Source: a bacterium
Lineage (GTDB): Bacteria > Verrucomicrobiota > Verrucomicrobiia > Verrucomicrobiales > V1-33
Length of the DNA stretch: 64,000 nucleotides
Direction of reading: 5' to 3'
NCBI GenBank assembly: GCA_031411255.1
Contig: JANOAS010000288.1
Coordinates: 2,776 to 66,775, forward strand
Part shown: one piece after another, positions 57,102 to 64,000 of the stretch
How the letters are laid out: the number at the start of each line of letters is the position of its first letter
Numbering within the stretch: the first letter of the stretch is position 1
The notes under the pieces: generated by a model
Databases searched by the model: none
Told to the model about the DNA's origin: nothing
What the model saw: only the letters and a program-made list of their open reading frames with translations
Made by a program: the position numbers and the translations under genes

Positions 57102-58150
57102 TGCAGTGTGGAGGGCTGGGGACTGGCGGGCGGACGGCCGGGCTCCGCGCCCGGAGAGAGCAGCGGCTCGATGCTTTTCAGCTCCGCCTCGATGATGCTT
57201 TCACAATTCAAAATCTCCTGCTCACGCCTCGACCGCGCCTCTGCAGCCAGCTGCTCCAGCGCGTCGATGTCGTAGAGGTACACCCCGTCGAATTCATTCA
57301 CCGCAGGGTCGATGTCCCGGGGCACCGCGATGTCGATGAGGAAAAGCGGCCGCCCGTGGCGCTTGCGCAGGGCGGGCTTCACGTGGTCCGGCGTGATGAC
57401 GTAGTGCGGCGCCGCCGTCGAGCTGATCACCACATCCACGCCCAGTATTTCCTCCGGCCACTGGTCGAAATGCACCGCCCTTCCCCCCATTTCCTGCGCC
57501 AGCTCAGCCGCCCGGTCAAATGTGCGGTTCGCCACGATCAGACTTTTCGCCCCGCGGCTTTGCAGACTCTGCGCCGTCCGCCGGCTGATCTCCCCCGCGC
57601 CTAAAATCATCACCTGGCTGTCCCGCAGGTCGCCGAAAATTTTCTCCGCCAGCTCCACCGCCGCCGCCCCCACCGAGGTCGCCCCCTGCTGGATACGCGT
57701 GTGCGTCCGCACCAGCTTCCCCACGCGGAAGGCCTGCTGGAAAAGCTTGTTCAGCGTCCGGCTCGTCGTGCCCGCCTCCTTGGCCCGCGCGTAGGCCGCC
57801 TTCACCTGGCCGAAGATCTCCGTCTCGCCCAGGACCATCGAGTCCAGCCCGCTCACCACGCGGAAAAGGTGCCGCGCCGCCGGGAGCTGCTGGTGGCGGT
57901 AAAAATCCCGCGTCACCTCCGCATCCAGCGCGAACTTCCCGTTTAGAAACTCAAACGCCCGCTCCGCCGTGTCCGCCGAGCCATAGATTTCCACCCGGTT
58001 GCACGTCGAGAGCACCACCGCCTCCTCCACCCCCGGGTGCGCACGCAGCGCCTGCACCACCCCGTCCAGCTCAGAGTCACGGATCGCCAGCCGCTCACGG
58101 ATTTCCACCGGAGCGGTTTGATGATTCAGTCCCAGACAGAAGAGAGGCAT
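57098..58150 (-). CDS. hemA: Glutamyl-tRNA reductase
   Basis: STCNRVE; SGLDSMVLGE; GAGE; DIAVPRDI. Confidence 0.96.
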   Translation of the reverse strand: MPLFCLGLNHQTAPVEIRERLAIRDSELDGVVQALRAHPGVEEAVVLSTCNRVEIYGSADTAERAFEFLNGKFALDAEVTRDFYRHQQLPAARHLFRVVSGLDSMVLGETEIFGQVKAAYARAKEAGTTSRTLNKLFQQAFRVGKLVRTHTRIQQGATSVGAAAVELAEKIFGDLRDSQVMILGAGEISRRTAQSLQSRGAKSLIVANRTFDRAAELAQEMGGRAVHFDQWPEEILGVDVVISSTAAPHYVITPDHVKPALRKRHGRPLFLIDIAVPRDIDPAVNEFDGVYLYDIDALEQLAAEARSRREQEILNCESIIEAELKSIEPLLSPGAEPGRPPASPQPSTLH

Positions 58151-58163
58151 CGGGTTCGTTTTT

Positions 58164-58961
58164 TTAGTGGCCCGCGACGAACCACAGCGTCGCCAGCGGG
58201 AGAAGAAAAGTGAGGAGCGCCGCCCACGCCAGCTGCCGCGGGGCCCACCCGCGGCTGAATTGAATGCCCAAAATCACCCCATACGCCGCCCACACCGCCC
58301 AGGAAAGCGCCAGCTTCACCGCACCGGGTGCGTGGCTCATCAGGTAGGCGCTCGCCACCCCGGCCGAGAGCAGGAGAAACCCGGCCACCAGCAGCCGCTT
58401 CAGCCCCTTCCCCAGGTTGTGCAGCGGCGGCAGATTGTAGAAAAAAGAGCCCAGACTGTGCCTTTTCAGCTGCCGGTCCTGCACCAGGTACATGAACCCC
58501 GCCACCGCCCCCAGGGCGAACGTGCTGTACGCCAGCAGGGAAACCGTCGCGTGCAGCTCCAGCCAGAACTCCGGGTGCGCCCGCGCCGCCTCCCGCGCCA
58601 CCGCCACCCGCTCCTCGCCCGCCTGCATCGCCAGCGCCCCCACCTGGAAAATCCACGCCAGCGGCGCCGTGAAGACCCCCAGCAGCGACAGCCGGTACGC
58701 CGGTCCCACCAGCCAGTACAGCAGCACCATCCCCCAGCTTACGAAGACCAGCAGCTCCGACGGCGTCGAGATCGGGCACCGCCCGTCCTCCTTCCCCTTC
58801 AGGTACAGCACCCCGCACTGGAGCAAAAAGCCAGCCCCCATCAGCAGCTGGTACCACAGACTCGAACGGTACGCCCCGGACAGCAGCCTCCACACCGCCA
58901 CGGCGAAGGCGCCGAGGAAGCAAAAAGTCGAGGCGATGAGCACGAGGCGGTCGTCAGGCAT
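58164..58961 (-). CDS. Cytochrome c assembly (CcsA/HemX-like) membrane protein
   Basis: About 8 TM helices; WLELHA; MYLVQDRQLK...LPPL; first gene of the ccsA-hemA-hemC operon. Confidence 0.85.
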   Translation of the reverse strand: MPDDRLVLIASTFCFLGAFAVAVWRLLSGAYRSSLWYQLLMGAGFLLQCGVLYLKGKEDGRCPISTPSELLVFVSWGMVLLYWLVGPAYRLSLLGVFTAPLAWIFQVGALAMQAGEERVAVAREAARAHPEFWLELHATVSLLAYSTFALGAVAGFMYLVQDRQLKRHSLGSFFYNLPPLHNLGKGLKRLLVAGFLLLSAGVASAYLMSHAPGAVKLALSWAVWAAYGVILGIQFSRGWAPRQLAWAALLTFLLPLATLWFVAGH

Positions 58962-59178
58962 GGGGTGGAAACGCTCAAACTAAGCCGAAAGCCGCCCCTG
59001 CCAATGCTCAAAATCCTCTTTTCCCCCTCCCTGAGCAGATTTCTGCTCTGCAAACTCCATAATTCCGCTTCCCGCTTGCGTTCCTGGGAAATGAGGTTAC
59101 GTCATCGGCCCTGAAGTCCCGACCGCCACCCTGCCGGGACTTCAACTGCGGGAAATTCCCTTTTCCCCGACCGAGAAT

Positions 59179-59268
59179 GGACAGATGTCAGAGTGGTCTA
59201 ATGAGCACGCCTGGAAAGCGTGTGTACTCGTGAGGGTACCGAGGGTTCGAATCCCTCTCTGTCCGCCA
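59179..59268 (+). tRNA. tRNA-Ser (anticodon GGA)
   Basis: GGACAGA/TCTGTCC-G-CCA acceptor; CACGC-CTGGAAA-GCGTG anticodon arm; variable arm GTACTC-GTGA-GGGTAC; GTTCGAATC. Confidence 0.96.
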
Positions 59269-59441
59269 TCTCCCGCCCGGCAAGCGTCGGTCGTGCTGCC
59301 GAGACGGCTTTTCCCTCTCTGCCGGCCACTCGGCATCCCTGTCGGGCGCACACTTGTGTGCCCCTTGTGAAATCCGGCAATCCCCTTGCCTTCCGGGCCG
59401 TCCCGCGCTTGGGTGTGGCGAACTTCTACGCCTGATCACTA

Positions 59442-61138
<1,697 letters not shown>

Positions 61139-61142
<4 letters not shown>

Positions 61143-61996
61143 AAACGGAGATCATCCAAACCCTCACCTCCACCTTTGAAGCCAGCGCCCAGCAGACGGA
61201 GGACGGCGTGGAATACTGGCTTGCCCGCGACATTCAGCACCTTCTTGGATACTCCAAATGGGAGAACTTCTTGAACGTCGTCTCCAAAGCCAGGACCGCC
61301 TGTGAAGTCTCGGGACATCAAGTGTCGGACCATTTTCCCGACGTCAGGAAAATGGTCGATCTCGGCTCTGGCAGCCAGCGCGAAGTCGAGGACATCATGC
61401 TCACCCGTTACGCCTGTTATCTCATCGCCCAAAACGGCGATCCCAAGAAGCAGGAAATCGCCTTCGCTCAGACCTATTTCGCCGTCCAGACACGCCGGGC
61501 AGAATTGATCGAGCAGCGCCTTCTGGAAGCCGAGCGTGTGTCCGCGCGGAAAAAACTCAGCACCACCGAAAAAGAACTCTCCGAGGTCATCTTCGAGCAG
61601 ACAGGCGGCAATGAAAATTTCGCCATCATCCGCAGCAAAGGCGACCAGGCACTCTTCGGCAAGTCCACCCAGGCCATGAAAGCACACTGGCAGGTGCCCG
61701 ACACCCGGCCCCTCGCCGACTTCGCGCCCACGATCATACTCAAGGCCAAAGACTTCGCCACTGAAATCACCATCTTCAATTCACGCCAACACAAGCTCGC
61801 TACTGAAACGGCCATCTCCCGTGAGCATGTCACGAACAACGAAGCCGTCCGCAGGACTCTCCTAGAGCGCGGCATTCGCCCGGAGTCCCTTCCAGCCGCC
61901 GAAGACGTGAAGAAAGTCGAGCGCCGCCTGATCTCCGAAGACAAGAAAGCACTCAAGAAACCCGATGGCCTCAGCAATCCCGGGAAAAAGGCATGA
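61139..61996 (+). CDS. dinD: DNA damage-inducible protein D (BRO-N-like)
   Basis: EYWLARD..LLGY..W.NF; [29 protein letters not shown]; GIRPESLP. Confidence 0.92.
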
Positions 61997-62126
61997 ACCA
62001 AGAACGTAAAGCCCTCAACGCAGCTACTCTCCCTCTCCCCTTGGGAGTGGGCCGGGGTGAGGGGACTTTGTATACCCGAGCCCTGGAGCAAACCATCGCC
62101 AGCAACGTGGCGGAGATTCTGGAGGC

Positions 62127-62130
<4 letters not shown>
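61993..62130 (+). CDS. 45-aa linker ORF made of a REP-derived peptide plus a duplicated HsdM C-terminus
   Basis: [45 protein letters not shown]; ATGA overlaps at both ends. Confidence 0.5.
62031..62063. repeat. REP-like palindrome, same family as the copy in hsdM
   Basis: CCCTCTCCCCTTGGGAGTGGGCCGGGGTGAGGG. Confidence 0.8.
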
Positions 62131-63299
<1,169 letters not shown>

Positions 63300-63410
63300 A
63301 ATGAAACGGTCTGCTACTCAAAGCATCAACTTCCTTTTCGACCACGCGAGCAATTCACGGGAGCGTTCTGTTCCGCCGGGCGCTGGTTTATTTTCAGTGA
63401 AATGGTGCGT

Positions 63411-63579
63411 TTCAACGCTTGTTGAACACGGCAATTTTGCTGAAATCGACGAATCGCGAGCGCCATGGAGCTTGGGCAGACGTAGTCGATTTGGCGTGCA
63501 TACGCGTGTTGAAAGTGGATATTATGTTGAAATGTATTGCCAATTTCAAAAAAAAGCCTACTTTCAACACGCGTTGAAA
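63411..63579. promoter_or_regulatory. Array of TTCAAC-N4-GTTGAA operator-like palindromes
   Basis: Full sites at 63411-63426 and 63562-63579; half sites GTTGAAA at 63508 and 63526; AT-rich. Confidence 0.65.
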
Positions 63580-64000
63580 ACTATCAAAACATTGAAAACA
63601 GAACAAGCTCCCGAAATTTCACCGGAGGCCGCACTGCGAGGAGTCCTCGGGCGAGTGCCTTTTGTTGTGCTCAAGCGGCTGCGTGCGGGGGCGGAGGGTT
63701 GGGGCCTCCTGGGGGAGGTTTCCGATGGCGATCAGGAGTGGGAATTTTTGGTGGAGAGCCTGAGCCGATCCGAACCAAAAATGGTGCGTGACAAGGCCGC
63801 AAAGGTGGCTGCGGGGGTCAAATCTCGGGGAGTGCCTGCTTGCGGCGTGCTGCTGGGCCCCCACTTCTCACAGGACGCGCGGCAAATATGTCGTGATGCC
63901 AACGTCAGTTTCATCGACTGGGCTGGCAACTGCCGGTTGCAGTTCGGCAAAGCCTACGTGGAGATCGTCGGAAACGAGCCGCTGCGGCAAGTGCGGCGGG
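63574..64000 (+). CDS. Type IV TA AbiEi-like antitoxin, N-terminal part (runs off the window edge)
   Basis: Not in the ORF track. Open frame reads ...FLVESLSRSEPKMVRD...GPHFSQDARQICRDANVSFIDWAGNCRLQFGKAYVE; the TTG start is uncertain. Confidence 0.7.
   Translation, partial: MKTIKTLKTEQAPEISPEAALRGVLGRVPFVVLKRLRAGAEGWGLLGEVSDGDQEWEFLVESLSRSEPKMVRDKAAKVAAGVKSRGVPACGVLLGPHFSQDARQICRDANVSFIDWAGNCRLQFGKAYVEIVGNEPLRQVRR

Noticed and set aside
22000-59000. Apparent C-over-G skew on the + strand suggesting a replichore boundary
   Set aside because: Inconsistent between minus-strand genes (38-39 kb versus 44-46 kb) and confounded by codon usage; needs computed skew.

Overview
GC-rich bacterial chromosomal segment, almost certainly Verrucomicrobiota (PVC superphylum). 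This is inferred from DUF1549/DUF1553 and DUF1501 genes, PVC-type CxxCH proteins, PEP-CTERM proteins and sulfatases. Layout: (1) 1-600, a partial transglutaminase-like gene and an atypical tRNA-Sec(UCA); (2) 668-24302, a periplasmic carbohydrate/sulfate/redox cluster (two sulfatases, GH-like proteins, two PVC-type heme proteins, DUF1549/1553-PhoD-like-DUF1501, FAD oxidoreductase); (3) 24.3-59 kb, housekeeping genes (accA, plsY, gpsA, adk-like, fmt, xylB, polA, hemA, hemC, ccsA-like) interleaved with three type II toxin-antitoxin pairs, a PadR/VIT/PEP-CTERM module, a YWTD propeller protein, and a PEP-CTERM plus CotH-kinase pair sharing an unrecognised tandem domain; (4) tRNA-Ser(GGA) followed by a defence island (hsdM, dinD, hsdS, partial AbiEi-like). 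In that island hsdM carries an in-frame REP-like doublet, and its 3' end is duplicated around the dinD cassette. No CRISPR array, rRNA, integrase or transposase was seen. All family calls come from motif recognition by eye; no searches were run. Several starts were trimmed relative to the supplied ORF track.
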